Notes: a model not told the origin generated them from the sequence alone. A stretch of DNA of 63,883 nt, filler included, from Olpidium bornovanus S191 (GCA_017911155.1; 32 parts of 32 records of this genome joined end to end with filler, not necessarily neighbours in it), one strand, 5' to 3'. Shown: positions 12,228-24,436, numbered from the whole stretch's first letter. Numbers and translations are program-made.

Positions 12228-13947
12228 GAGGCGAAGACGGAGAACACGGCTGGTCAGAGCGTCCTACGGGGGTATTTCGGAAACGAAACCTACAAGAGCT
12301 TACAAGTTACTACGGAGACCACGGCAGCCCAGGCTGTATCGATGATCCTAGAGAAAATGATGATCAAAGACTCTGCCGAAGGGTACGGGATTTTCGAGGT
12401 CGCAAAGGACGGAAGTAAGTCTGACGCAGTTCCACCGGTTGGTCGCCAATTTGCGGCAAAACGAAAGCTCACTTTTTCTTGAAATGAATGGACGCCAGTC
12501 ATGCGACATCTCCTTCCGTCCGAATCCCCTTTTGAAGTCATGCGTCATTGGCAAGGCGGGGAGACATTTATGTTCAAGAAAGTGACGTCCGGCAGAGAGG
12601 CTGAGGTAAGCGCTTGTAAGCTCTTGTTTAACTACTCGTGAAAAGTGGACGTGCGCGTGTTTGAAGCCTGCCTTGCAGCAACGTCACGACCGCGCGCCGT
12701 TTATCGTTTTACGAACAGACCTCGAAGAAGAAATTACGCTTGCCAGTCAAAAGGGCCGCGAAGCTCGCCGGGTTCTTCGGTGTCGACACAGGCGCCGATC
12801 ACGCGCAAGCGGCAACGGTGCCGCCCGCCGAGTTCAGCGAGCTTCTCAGCGTGCTGAACGCCGGAAAGGACGATCAACTGGATAAAGAGATCACCGAGAG
12901 CCGGCAGCGAACGGTGCAGGTCAGGAACAAGGGCAAAGTCTCAAAGGAAGGATGGCTGTATTTGGAGGGCGTGTGCGAAGGGAAGCCCGCGCACCTCGAA
13001 AACTGCTGGTGTCAGATCAAGAACAACGTGCTGCTCGTGCAGACCAACGTCTCCAAGAACGAGTCCGTCGCGCCCGACCGAAACAACGGCATCAGCGTCC
13101 CGCTGGACCAGTGCGTCGTGGACGGTCCGGCGCCGTCTGCGTCGCACCCGGGCAAGTTCCGGTTTACCGTGACGGCGATGCGGGGCAAGATGGAGCAGAT
13201 ATTCGTCGCGACCACGCAGGCCGACGCCGAGGCGTGGGTGAGCGTTCTCCAGGCTGCGGTGAAGAGCGCGAAGAATAACATGAGCCTCGCCGACTTCGAG
13301 TTCCACAAGGTCCTCGGTCGGGGCCAGTACGGCAAAGTGCTGTTGTGCAGCCAACACTCGACAAGCAAGGTTTACGCAGTCAAGGTGCTTGACAAAGTGG
13401 CAATGGCTTCCGACTCCGGAGTTTGCGGGGTGCCTGATAACGTGATCCTGGAGGGTATCAAGCACCCGTTCATCGTCACTTTGCACTGCGCCTTCGAAAC
13501 TGAAGAACGATTGTATATGGTCATGGTGAGGTACCGCCCGCTTTGACAAGATTTTTACATTGAAAGGGTATGGCCCGGTAACCCAGCTCTACAAACTTGG
13601 CAGGAATACGTAAACGGAGGAGAGCTGTTCTTCCACGTTAGCAAATTCGGCCGGTTTCCCGAAGTTAGAGTACAGGTCTACTGTGCGGAGATATTTTTGG
13701 CCCTGCAGTACCTTCACAAAAACGACATTGTTTACCGGTATGGAAATCTTGACGTTGTTCCTGACTTTTAATGTCGCGCGCGCGCGCGCGCGTGAAGAGA
13801 TCGGCCGTCCATCGGTTTCGGATGGACTCCTGATAATTCCCCATCTTTTTTTCTTGCAACTTTTAATTTTTCCGGCCTACAACCCGCAAAGCGACGTGAA
13901 ATTGGAAAATCTCATGCTTTCCAAAGACGGGCATCTCAAGATTGCCG
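12228..13947 (+). CDS. AGC Ser/Thr kinase with RA-like and PH domains (Akt/SGK-like), partial
   Basis: Exons 12228-12414, 12499-12605, 12719-13525, 13604-13737, 13892-13947. RA-like [28 protein letters not shown]; [18 protein letters not shown]; kinase [43 protein letters not shown]. Confidence 0.85.
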
Positions 13948-14111
13948 GTGCGCCGGGCCCCCCAGCGTTGACACGGCTCGCTTCGTTACGAGCAGCGCCC
14001 CCCCTCCCCCCNNNNNNNNNNNNNNNNNNNNNNNNNNNNNNNNNNNNNNNNNNNNTTAATTAATTAANNNNNNNNNNNNNNNNNNNNNNNNNNNNNNNNN
14101 NNNNNNNNNNN

Positions 14112-14148
<37 letters not shown>

Positions 14149-14468
14149 TCCCACCAGCGCCCCACCACTTTCGTTGGGTCGCCTTCAAGGACGCCCCGGC
14201 GCTGTCGTCGGGGTTTTCCTTTCGCTCCGCTCCATTTCCCTTCCGGCCCAACCCTTCCTGATCACGTGGCCCCACGTGCCGCGACAAGCGTTCGTTCCTT
14301 CCCCCCCCCCCCACCCAGCTCCCCCGCCACCGCAAGAGCGAACGCACACCACCCTCCAACAACAAACGGGAGCGGGCGAAACAGAATATTTTTTTACCCA
14401 CAGCAGAAAAGCCGGGAGAAAAAGAAAGAAGCAAAACCCGTCAGATACCCCGGGGGCCAGGAAGAAGG

Positions 14469-14639
14469 ATGTCGTACGGACCCATCACCCGCACCAGCGA
14501 CCGCTGGTCGCGCGTCCTCTTTCGACGTGTTTTCAAGCGGAACGCGAACTTCGTTACCGCGTGCTTTGCTTCCGCGTTCGTCTTCGAAATCTTCTACGAT
14601 GACGCGTGCGGGAAGTTGTGGAGGCACTGGAACAAGGGG
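14469..14639 (+). CDS. QCR9: Cytochrome bc1 complex subunit 9, exon 1
   Basis: LFRRVFKRNANFVTACFASAFVFEIFYDDACGKLWRHWNKG followed by a GTGAGT donor; exon 2 not located. Confidence 0.8.
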
Positions 14640-16065
14640 GTGAGTTTTAAAGAGCTCCCGCTCCCCTCAAACTCCTCCCTGGAAAAGAGAGTTGCTGCCG
14701 GGCGCGCAGCCCCGGGTAACCTGGGTCTCCTGTCGAGGGGCCGCGGGGCGTTGTTTCTCCGCCGTCTGGGCATGTCCACGCAGAGCCCTACTCTCCCTCG
14801 TGCAGAGGGAACTTCCGCAGACGTCTTCGTCCAGCCCCATACGGCGGGCGTGCTGCAACCAGTCGCTTATCTGTTATATCCTTTTGACTGGCGACTATCA
14901 TTGACGCTATCGCCTTTTATTTTTGCTGTTGCTGCGAACGACACAGCGTTACCTCGAGGACGTCCACCACCGATTCGTCAAGCAGTAAAGCGTGCTAGGG
15001 AATGTCCGGGTGGCGAGCGTGTTCCTGCTTTTGATTGCAAACTTTCGGCAGCCGCCCCACCGCCGAGCAAATCTCCTGTACGACCAGATCGGGTCACATC
15101 CCGTGTACCCTGAAGTTTCCTGAGTTACCTCCGGCTCTTGCTGAATCGGCAGATAGCAGAGGATGAATATGGCCGCTTGTTGTTTGAGCTTCAACTTGTC
15201 TATTTGAGTTGTGAGGGCAGGTGTAGCCTGTAGGCTGCCGGCTTGGGCATTAGCTATCTCAGCGTCACAGCAGTAGGCCCACCGACGTCGTTCGTAAGAG
15301 GAATCGAGCGCGATAAAGCTTGCAGCGCGTAACAGAGGCTGTTACATGGTGACTAGCGTGACTTCACGTCTGACCGCGGAGATCGTGTTACCTGTTGGCG
15401 ACAATCATATTAAGAAAACATTAGCCATCGTTACAGTTCCCGCTACCTTTTCCCGCGAAAAGCGGGTTGTCAGGTGACATGTCCTGACTTGGCATGGACA
15501 TCTTTGCAGACCTTTAGTTGATTCGGCGCTACCATTTCCGGCATTCTGTCATGTAAACATCATTTCAGATGTACACCGGTGATTAAGATCATTATACCAT
15601 CAGCAATCAAAACTCCAAACTAGGGAGTTCCATCATATCTCCCCAAGCTTAGTTAGTCGGTTGCTAGTATGCAGACGAATTTGAATGACAGAAAGTACAG
15701 GAATACAACCTGCAATAATTTATCGACATTTCGATCTCGGCGAGCTACGTACTACCGTGAAAGATATCTCCGCCGCACGGGATCTTGAATGGCGCCAGTG
15801 TGCCTTCAACCTCCCGCTGCATAATAGATAGTCTCGCTCACCACGTGCGATCACTCTTGGCGTACAAAACGTCACTGCCGGTTTCGCTACACACCACACT
15901 CCGCCTTTAGAAATGCGTGGCACGTTTAGCCATACCCCAAATATACTTCGGCACTATTATTACATAGATCCTTGACAGTGACTACGACATAAAACACAAT
16001 GTGTCAACGCTAAACCCGCGAGAGTGGTGTCTCTCGCTCCTAATCTTCCAATTGGAATCCACAGG

Positions 16066-17069
16066 TCATTCAAATTCGTTGTCGCAAAAAAACATCCGTC
16101 TAATCCTGTGGTGGGCTAAGTGAGCTTCGCCGCACTGTCGTCCCCGCCGCCGTTCAGCCGGACGGGGTTTCCGGTGATTTCTGTCGTCGTAGCCAGACCG
16201 GCCCTGGCGCGTCAGCTGCGAGCTTCGATCTGGCCGTCCTGCCGAGCGCGAACGCGAGCGAGAGCGGGAAAGCGAGCGGGAGGGGGAGCGGGAGCGGGAG
16301 CGGTGGCGGGAAGGGGAGCGCGAGCGGTGGCGGGAGCGCGGCCGGCGGTGCCGACTGCGCCGTCTCGCGTCCTTGTCCGACGACGACCTGCTGTCGTCAC
16401 TGCTCGCGGGACTGTCGGAGCGCCTGGTCCTCCTCCTCCCGCGCCGCCTATCTGCGCTCGCCCGGCGCCGCTCCTTCTCCTCCCTCCCCCGCCGCTTCCG
16501 TTGCCGCCGTCTCCGGCGCCTCTCCTCCTCTGACGAGGAAGAGAACGAGTCGCTGCTGGAATCCGAACTCCGCTCGGGCTTCCTCGTGGGCTGCGGGGCT
16601 CGCTGCGGCACGGCCGGCGCAAGCGGCGCGGTCTCCGGGAGCTTGATGAAGTTTCGGCACTCGAAAGTCAGATGTCTGTTCTTTCGAAACAGGAGAAAAC
16701 GGCGTTACCGGGGGGAGGGGGGGGGGGGAAATATCCAAGAAGCTGCTTCCCGCGGACAGCTGGGCTTCAAGGGACCACGTAGGAACCGCGCAGAACTTAC
16801 CCCGCTTGAAGCGTCGACAAAACAAAACGCGAGGCGGCAAGCGGACGGGTCAGGAACGCGGTCCCGTTGAGCAACACCTCGGGTTTGTGGGAGAGACAGT
16901 AACGCCGGCAAGCGCGTCCAACGTTTCTGGTATTAATCAAATTCTTCCGGCCCGCCCTATCCTCACCTCCGTGGCACTTTTTGCAGAGGCCCGTCTTTGC
17001 GGCCTCGGCCTGTCGTCCGGCGACCAGGCGTTCGTACGCTGTGGTCTCCGGGTGGTGAAAGCCGCTCAT
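16066..17069 (-). CDS. SREK1IP1/CXIP4-like CCHC zinc-knuckle, SR-rich protein
   Basis: Exons 17069-16967, 16804-16801 (4 nt) and 16675 onward give GLCKKCHGAGHLTFECRNF, then SSDSSS and an RS-rich tail. The 5' and 3' ends are uncertain. Confidence 0.8.
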
Positions 17070-17639
17070 CTCGGTGATTGCGCACACCTTTTCGTTCGAG
17101 GGCGGCCGTTCCGCGGTTTTCTCCCTTTTTTAAAGAAGCGAGAGTTTTCGCAGTATTTCGTTTGTGGCCACGTGACCAAAACGTGCTGGAGCGAACGCTG
17201 GTTTTAATGTCTTTCCGCCTAGGGTACGCCCCAACGGAATACAAACAGAACTTACGGAATTTTGCTGCGAAGATCTGTGGTTCCCAGAAGCTTTTCCTTC
17301 CCAGGCCCTCTCCCGCAACTATGTTCTTCTTAAAAAACAATTCCGGGTCACCCCGGCATTTGCCGTCGTTTGCGTAGATAGAAAGTTGGTGGAAACGGAA
17401 ATTATCTCCCGCAAGTTTTGTACGGTTTTTATTTGCAATTTATCAGCAACGTTGAAGTGTCAGGTGTATTTTGCCTTGATTGAAATATAACTTTAATTTC
17501 GTGTATGTGGCTTGTCTTTGCCCGTCTCCNNNNNNNNNNNNNNNNNNNNNNNNNNNNNNNNNNNNNNNNNNNNTTAATTAATTAANNNNNNNNNNNNNNN
17601 NNNNNNNNNNNNNNNNNNNNNNNNNNNNNGAGCGGCTGC

Positions 17640-17827
17640 GCAGTGGCGCAGGGATGGTTGCTGCGCGGCGGCGCAGAGGTGCGCGGCGACGCAGAGGATG
17701 GCGCGGCTGCGGTCGCGCGCAGGGATGGTTGCTGCGCGACGACGCAGAGGTGCGCGGCGGCGCAGAGGATGGCGCGGGGGCGGGCGCACGCGGGGATGGT
17801 TGCTGCGCGGTGGCGCAGAGGGATGGC
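17640..17827. repeat. 71-bp tandem repeat, about 2.6 copies, in the copia leader
   Basis: GGGATGGTTGCTGCGCG recurs at 17651, 17722 and 17793. Confidence 0.85.
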
Positions 17828-17976
17828 GCGACGAGCGCGCAGCGGCGGGGGCGGCGGCGACGGGCGCGCAGGGGCGGGCGCGCAGCGGCGGGGGTGGCGC
17901 GGCGGCGGCGGCGCGCAGCAGCGGAAGGCGACGGGGTTGCGCTTTTCGGGAGCGTTTTTGGAAGGAGGAGGTTGTG

Positions 17977-18078
17977 CTCTTCGGGAGCGCAAGGAAGAAT
18001 GGTAGGATGGTTCACGCTCTTCGCTCTTCGGGAGCGCAGAGGAAGGATGGTAGGATGGTTTACGCTCTTCGGGAGCGT
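17977..18078. repeat. 41-47 bp imperfect tandem repeat next to the PBS
   Basis: CTCTTCGGGAGCG at 17977, 18024 and 18065, with ATGGTAGGATGGTT between copies. Confidence 0.8.
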
Positions 18079-18097
18079 TCACGGGCAGGGCGCCGTT

Positions 18098-18252
18098 GGG
18101 CTCATAACCTGTGGTTTGGTTATGTGTTTTGTTTAATTTGGGTTCGGGCGGTAACTACTGTGAGGGCAGTGAGGGCTTGAGTACCAACAAGGCATTGGGA
18201 GACCATGTTGAATGCATCTCCCAAACTGTCCACCATCCCCTGGAAAACCACA
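18098..18252 (-). mobile_element. Ty1/copia 5' LTR (18110-18252) plus PBS (18098-18109)
   Basis: Perfect 8-bp terminal inverted repeat TGTGGTTT...AAACCACA; the minus strand reads ..ACCACA GGTTATGAGCCC. Confidence 0.75.
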
Positions 18253-20458
18253 GAGCTAGTTTATCCAGGCGTCTGCGACATCCATGAATCGGGGCCGCCC
18301 AGCTCTGCAGCTCTGCAGGTAGGTTCCGCCGGACGTAGAGAGGCTGGAAGGTCCTCGCAGTCTTGCAGGCCCGCACCAGTCCTTCCGGGCATCCCTCCGA
18401 GTCGGCACTGAATGCGGCTCCAAGAACATCTCGGAACCCCCGCTTCGAGGGATTCTTCCGGTAGCCTGGGAGGAGGCAACGAAGAACGATCGCACCTAGC
18501 GACAGGTGGTGAAGGTCCAAACATGCCTCCCCCAGGCCCAGGTATTCCGGGTAAAAAGCAATTCCTTGTTGTTCTTGCTCCCCGAAAACAGGCACGGCAG
18601 GAGGGGGAGGGGGCAGGGTCCTCTTTGTCGGCCTCCTGGGAGCAATGTGGACTTCTTTCTGTTGGTTGTTGTGAAATTGGAAAAAAAGAAAGCCGGGTGT
18701 CAGATAAACTTGATCTCGGCGCTCGCACAAAAAAAAAAGGTTTGCGAGTTGCAAGGAAAGAAGATTAGCCAGTCCCAAAAAAAAATGATGAATCGCAGGT
18801 CACAAAAAAAAGGAAGATTAGCCTGTCGCAAAAAAGGTTAGCACGACACAAAACAAGTGACTGAATACAGGCATTCCAAATTCGGAAACCCGAAACTCGA
18901 AACTCAAACCCAGAACTCAATCCAGAACCTAAAACCTAAACGCAAACCCTAAAAACCTGAAAAGCTGCACGTGCACAGAAGAAAGAAGAACACGGGAAAG
19001 AGAGGAGAAAGGAGGCAAGGAAGAATTGTCAGCTCGTGTTGTGGGTGGTGTGTCCGGCGAAGGGTTTCTTGTGCTTATTCGAAGAGGGGGGACACCAGGG
19101 GTTACGTACTGGGGTCCCCCCTCGAATGGGGGGCCCGCACAATAAGGAGGAGCGGGCGGTACAGCGAGCTCGAGCGGTGGGTATCGAAATTGGGCGGAGA
19201 GCATTCGGGATCGAGCAAAAGGCTTCGAGGTCGAACNNNNNNNNNNNNNNNNNNNNNNNNNNNNNNNNNNNNNNNNNNNNTTAATTAATTAANNNNNNNN
19301 NNNNNNNNNNNNNNNNNNNNNNNNNNNNNNNNNNNNCGCGTGGGTTTGGCCGTTTTCGGTATTTTTCTTTTTCTTTTTCTTATTTTTTGTAACGCGCCGC
19401 GGCTTCCTTTCTTTCCCCCCCTTCTCCGGCGGGCGCGCGTGGGGGGGGGGGGGGGGAAAGGGGGGGGGGGGGGGGGGGGGGGGGAGGGGGTTTTTTTTTT
19501 TTTTTTCCCCCCCCCCCCCCCCCCGGGGGGGGGGGGGGGGGGGGGGGGGGGCGGGGGGAGAACTCGGCGGTGCGCGCGCCAAAAGTTTCGCCGGCGACGG
19601 GAACGGCAAGGACGGGGCGGGGTTGCAGCGCGCGTCTCTTTTCGCATCAGCAGATTGAGCAGCGCCATGTTGTATGTAATGCACGCTCTCCGTCTCAGGT
19701 GACAAGCGCAAGAGAATCCCGTCTTTTTTTCTCTCAGATTTTTCTTTCTCTGTGGCTCTCGTCCACTCTGTCTCCCTCTCGCCTCCGTCTTCCCCCCCCC
19801 CTTCCACCCGACCCTGACTCCTGACCCTGTTACGAGAACGGAAAGATGTTCTCTTCTTCTTCTCCTTGATGCTGGTGTTTTGCTCTCCGGCCAAGTGTAG
19901 AGTGAGTGGAACGGGAGGAAGAAACTGTTGTGTTTATTATCCGGGGGGGGGGGGGGGAGGGGGGGAAACCAGCCCGGAGGTTGATCGATAGGAGAGGCTC
20001 TGGTCACGTTGCCGTCGAACGAAGGGAGAGACGAGGCGGGGGGGGGACATCGAAGGAAGGAAGATGATGGATGATGGGGATCGAAGGGGACGCGCGCTTC
20101 ACGACACAGGGGCGGGGCGGCGCACGGCTTTTTTTTTTTTTTACGGCGGATGTGAGTTGGGCAGGGTGCGCGCGTGTGTTGTGTGTGTAAAGTGCAAAGT
20201 GTGTGTGTGCCCTCTTTGACGTTTTTCCGCCCCGCCGGTTTTTTCCCTTTCCGCACAGAGAAAGAATCGCCCCCCGCTTCCTCCCCCGCCCCACACAGCG
20301 AGTCACGTGCTCCGTGCCACCGCCGACGGAGAGGGCGGAGAGATCAGAGGCGGAGAGCAGAGAGAGCAGAGAGAGAGAGAGAGAGACAGGGCAAAGAGAA
20401 GACAGAAGAGGCACGCCCCGCTTTCTCACTGGCACACACCCCTCCGCGCGCGCGCGCG

Positions 20459-20667
20459 ATGGCGAACTTCCGCAGGAACACGGCGGCGCCGGCGCCGGCG
20501 CCCGTGCTCGCCCTGCTGCTGCTGCTGATGCCGCTGCTGCTCGCCCCCCCCGCGCCGCGCTTGCCCGCCCCCCCGCTCCGCCGCTGCTGTGCCGCCGCCG
20601 TGGACGTCCCGCCGCCACTTCTGCGGAATAAGACCGGCCAGAGCTACTGCAGCGTGAGAGAGAGAGA

Positions 20668-20711
<44 letters not shown>

Positions 20712-23521
20712 AAGAAAGGAAGCGCGTCGTCTTTCTTCTTTCCCAACCCCCTCCCCCCCGGGTTTACGCTGATTTCCCCCTGTCTTATAACCGCGGTACC
20801 GAAAAAAAAAAAAACGCCACCCCTCGTCCGCCCCCCGGTTCGCCTTCGGTTCGGCGGTGGACGGGAGCCAGCCTTCAGGAATCATCCGCGACTCGTGCTG
20901 CAGCTTCGAGACCGTCGAGGAGGTCAACAACAAGCTGACGCCGACGCTGCGGCAGCTGGTCAAGACGCCGTTTTTCAAGTACTACAAGGTTCGCCCTCGT
21001 CGGGGGGGGTTTTTTTTTGTTTGCGCGGTTTCTAGCGTTTTTATGTTTTTTATTTTTCTTCTAATTTTTCTTTTGTCTTTTTGGTTTCTGTTCGGTTGTT
21101 TTCGTTCATTTATATTTTTGTTTTTATTATTTTTGGTTTTTTTTCTTTTTTTTTGTTTTTTTCGTCCTGTCCCAACCCCATCATCACCCTCCCACCCCAC
21201 CGCATCGCGTGACGTCCGCAGGTGGACCTCTACAAAGGCTGTCCGTTCTGGCAAGAAGAAGGCTTCTGCACCATGCAGGACTGCGCGGTCATGACTACCG
21301 ATGAAGTGGGATGAAAAAGAGAATTCTTTTCATATAAAAAGAAACACCCGTTTTCGCGGAGCGTTCTTCATTCTGCCCCCTCTCCTTCCCGGCGGGCAGG
21401 CGAGTAACGCGCTCAAACGTCTCTCAATTCTCTTTTTTTATTTTTATTTTTTTATTTTTTTATTTTTTTATTTTTTTATTTTTTTATTTTTTTTTTTTGC
21501 ATCCGACGTCCTTGCCAGAGCGACGTGCCGGTGAATCTGCGTTCTGCCGCCCTGAGTGCCGCCAGGCTGCCTGAACAAGAGGTGAATGGTTTTTTTTTTA
21601 TTTTTTTATCCCATTTTTTATTTTTACCCCAAGAAGTTGCGCTCCGCCCGGCGATGATCGCACGGAAGCCGATCTTTTATTTTCGCTTATGTTTTGTTAA
21701 TTTTTGCTTGTCTTTGCCTATCTTTGTTTATCATTGCTTATCTTTGCCAATCTTTGCGTATCTTTGTTTATCTTTGTTTATCTTTGTTTACATTTATTTC
21801 TATTTGTTTATGCTTGTTTATCTTTGCTAATATTCATTTATCACGGCGTAGGACTTCCACCCCTTCCAACGATGCCAGAACACGGATGTCGAGTTCTGCG
21901 ACCTTGACGACGAGGATTCCTCGTGTATGTTTTCCTTCTGCATGGGAAAGCCTGGACGTTATGCGGTTGGACGTCTGTGCGTCAGATTCACCAAAAGACG
22001 AAAACGTTTAAAAACAAACAAACGCGCAAACAAACAAAAACAGCCGGCGTGTATGTAAACCTCGAAGAGAACCCAGAGCAGTTCACCGGCTATGCGGGGA
22101 AGAGCGCGAACCAGATCTGGACAAGCATCTACCAGGAAAATTGTTTCAACCTAGTCTCGCGGATCCCTCAGGTATCCTTGTTCTCGAAGAGCAGTGCGGC
22201 CGGCAGCATGCCTTTCTCGCCGCTGTCCCCTTCGCTGGGATCCAGGAACGAGTTGCCCAAACTGATGGATAGCGGGAACATGGCAGTCGCCAGGATCGAA
22301 GACGTTTGTTTGGAGAAGAGAGTGTTCTACAGGATGATATCAGGTAGGGACGACAGTTCTCGCCCTCATTTTCGTCAAGTGTCCCTGGACTTCCGTGCGT
22401 GGTTTGATGAGTAATGTGATCTGTGAAGGCGTTCTGACTAGACGACCGTACCTGAACTGACTGATAAAGGCTTACACGCCTCCATATCCATACACATTTG
22501 CCACGATTTTCTCAACCAGACGACCGGCGAATGGGTACGATCTCGGGCTGTCTCACCCGGCAACCGAACATCACCAGACTGACGCAAACTGTGCGTTTCC
22601 GTTTTGCTCTGGGTTTCGTAACCCGCGTTCCCAGGTAAAGAACCTTGACTGTTTCATCAACCGCGTCAGCGACCACCCGGAGCGCCTCGAAAATGTGTAC
22701 TTCGACTTCGTCCTGGTCCTGCGAGCCGTGCAGAAGATTTCCAACTACCTCCGTGATTACGCGTTTTGCAACGACCTGATACCGCCGCTTGTGAACGTGA
22801 TGGAAGACACGGGCGGACTGGAAAATCAAACTGCAGAGCCACTGCCCCTGGTGGACCAGAGAACCAAGCAGCTCGTTGACGAGGTGCTCCACACCGGAAT
22901 GAGCTGCCCTTCCACGTTCGACGAGAACGCCATGTTTGCAGACGAGTCTTCACAGGTAGGGTTGCGCGCATGTCCAGCTTTCGAAGCAGCCCGTGTCCGC
23001 ACGACTTGGTTTTTTGGCGCGCTCTATTTTTCCGCCACAGAAACTTTTTTTGGTTGCTCTCTCCTCTCTTGCTTCTGACCAACCGGCGTCACTTCCGCAC
23101 GGAAAATTTGCCACGTTTGCAGGACTTGAAGGATCGATTTAAGAACCTTTTCCGCAACATCACGCGCATCATGGATTGCGTCACGTGCGAGAAATGCCGA
23201 CTTTGGGGCAAGGTGCAGACGACGGGTCTGGGCACCGCACTGAAGATCCTGTTCTCCGACGGCGAAGACTCCGAAGCGGACGCGCCGCACGGCGGCAAGC
23301 GGGAGTCCGCGCGGCTGCCGGTTGGGAGTGATTCGGCCGGAGCGCTGCAAGACGGACGACTGCCTTCGCTCACTTTCCAGCGGACGGAGATCGTGGCGCT
23401 GTTTAACACGCTCAACAGGCTCTCCGAGTCCATTGAAGCCATCGAGACCTTCCGCGGGATGTACAGGGAACGAATGGAGGAGCAGCAAAGACCGAAGGCG
23501 CGGGAAAAAGACGAATTGTGA
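20459..23521 (+). CDS. ERO1: ER oxidoreductin Ero1, multi-exon, apparently complete
   Basis: Signal peptide, [90 protein letters not shown]; ends EKDEL*. Confidence 0.97.
21701..21840. repeat. Intronic 10-bp minisatellite, 14 units, consensus TCTTTGTTTA
   Basis: Exact 10-nt period (tctttgccta tctttgttta tcattgctta ...) inside an ERO1 intron. Confidence 0.9.
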
Positions 23522-24061
23522 CGAGAACAAAAAGGCGAGGAGGAGGGCGCGCTGGGCGGGTTGGGGGAGAGCGCATAGGCATCGGGCAACCGACAATGTA
23601 ACGTTAGAGCCGCGTGCAGTTTTTCAATGCCCCTGTCGTTGCCGGGGAAACTTTTTCACCGGAGCGTGAGCGCACATGGTGTCAGTTGTGGAAAAAAAAA
23701 ATTCCTTTTTCCTTTTTTTTTGGTTTGTCTGTTTCTCAACAAACACGGGTGATGCATCGTATAACAACGGGAAAGGTGACGACCTTTTACTCGGCCTGGG
23801 CCGTGCTCGGATGTAAACCCTCACTTTACACCCGTCACTCTGTCGCGATTCCTGTCACGTGGAGGGTGACGGGTACATCGCGACCTTCGTACAGCAAAAT
23901 CGAGTTTTGCAACCAAACGAAGGAATTCGGGTCCTCGCACAACTTACTATCCTGAGGAGCTTGAGTTGGGGACGGCCTTCTCGTCTGCCTCTTCCCTCCC
24001 CTCCTGCCCCTCCCTCTTCTTTCTCCCTCACCACAGCGCGGCGGGTCCCCTGTCGCCCCCC

Positions 24062-24103
<42 letters not shown>

Positions 24104-24436
24104 TTTTCCCCCCCCCCGGAAAAAAAAAAAAAAAAAAAAAAAGATATTCTTTTTCCCCGCCCACCCCGCCCACCCGATCCCGCCTCCTGCCCCAAGGAAA
24201 CAACAAAAAAACAAAAAAAAAAAAAAAATTCCGCGACTGATGGGCAACGGACACTGCCCCGCGGAGGCTCCGCAGTCCGCTCATTCGCAGAACCGTCTTC
24301 TGCCTTAATTTTTTGCAGCATGCGCCGCGTTGCCGANNNNNNNNNNNNNNNNNNNNNNNNNNNNNNNNNNNNNNNNNNNNTTAATTAATTAANNNNNNNN
24401 NNNNNNNNNNNNNNNNNNNNNNNNNNNNNNNNNNNN

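Noticed and set aside
17640-18078. Repeat arrays as a CRISPR locus
   Set aside because: Units are tandem without unique spacers, there are no cas genes, and the context is eukaryotic.
18098-18109. GGGCTCATAACC as part of a tRNA-Met gene (also 53748-53759 and the reverse strand at 7449-7460)
   Set aside because: No acceptor, D or T arms around it; it abuts an LTR end and is better explained as a PBS.
18110-18189. Alternative 80-bp LTR ending at TACCAACA
   Set aside because: The terminal repeat is imperfect; the 18252 boundary gives a perfect 8-bp inverted repeat.
18253-18560. Possible 3'-5' exonuclease exons (LDLHHLSLGAIVLRCLL..)
   Set aside because: Resemblance too weak, with no catalytic DEDD motif visible.
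23760-23960. Kinesin-like VRVYIRARP on the minus strand
   Set aside because: Isolated motif with no following motor-domain sequence; probably exons of an unidentified convergent gene.
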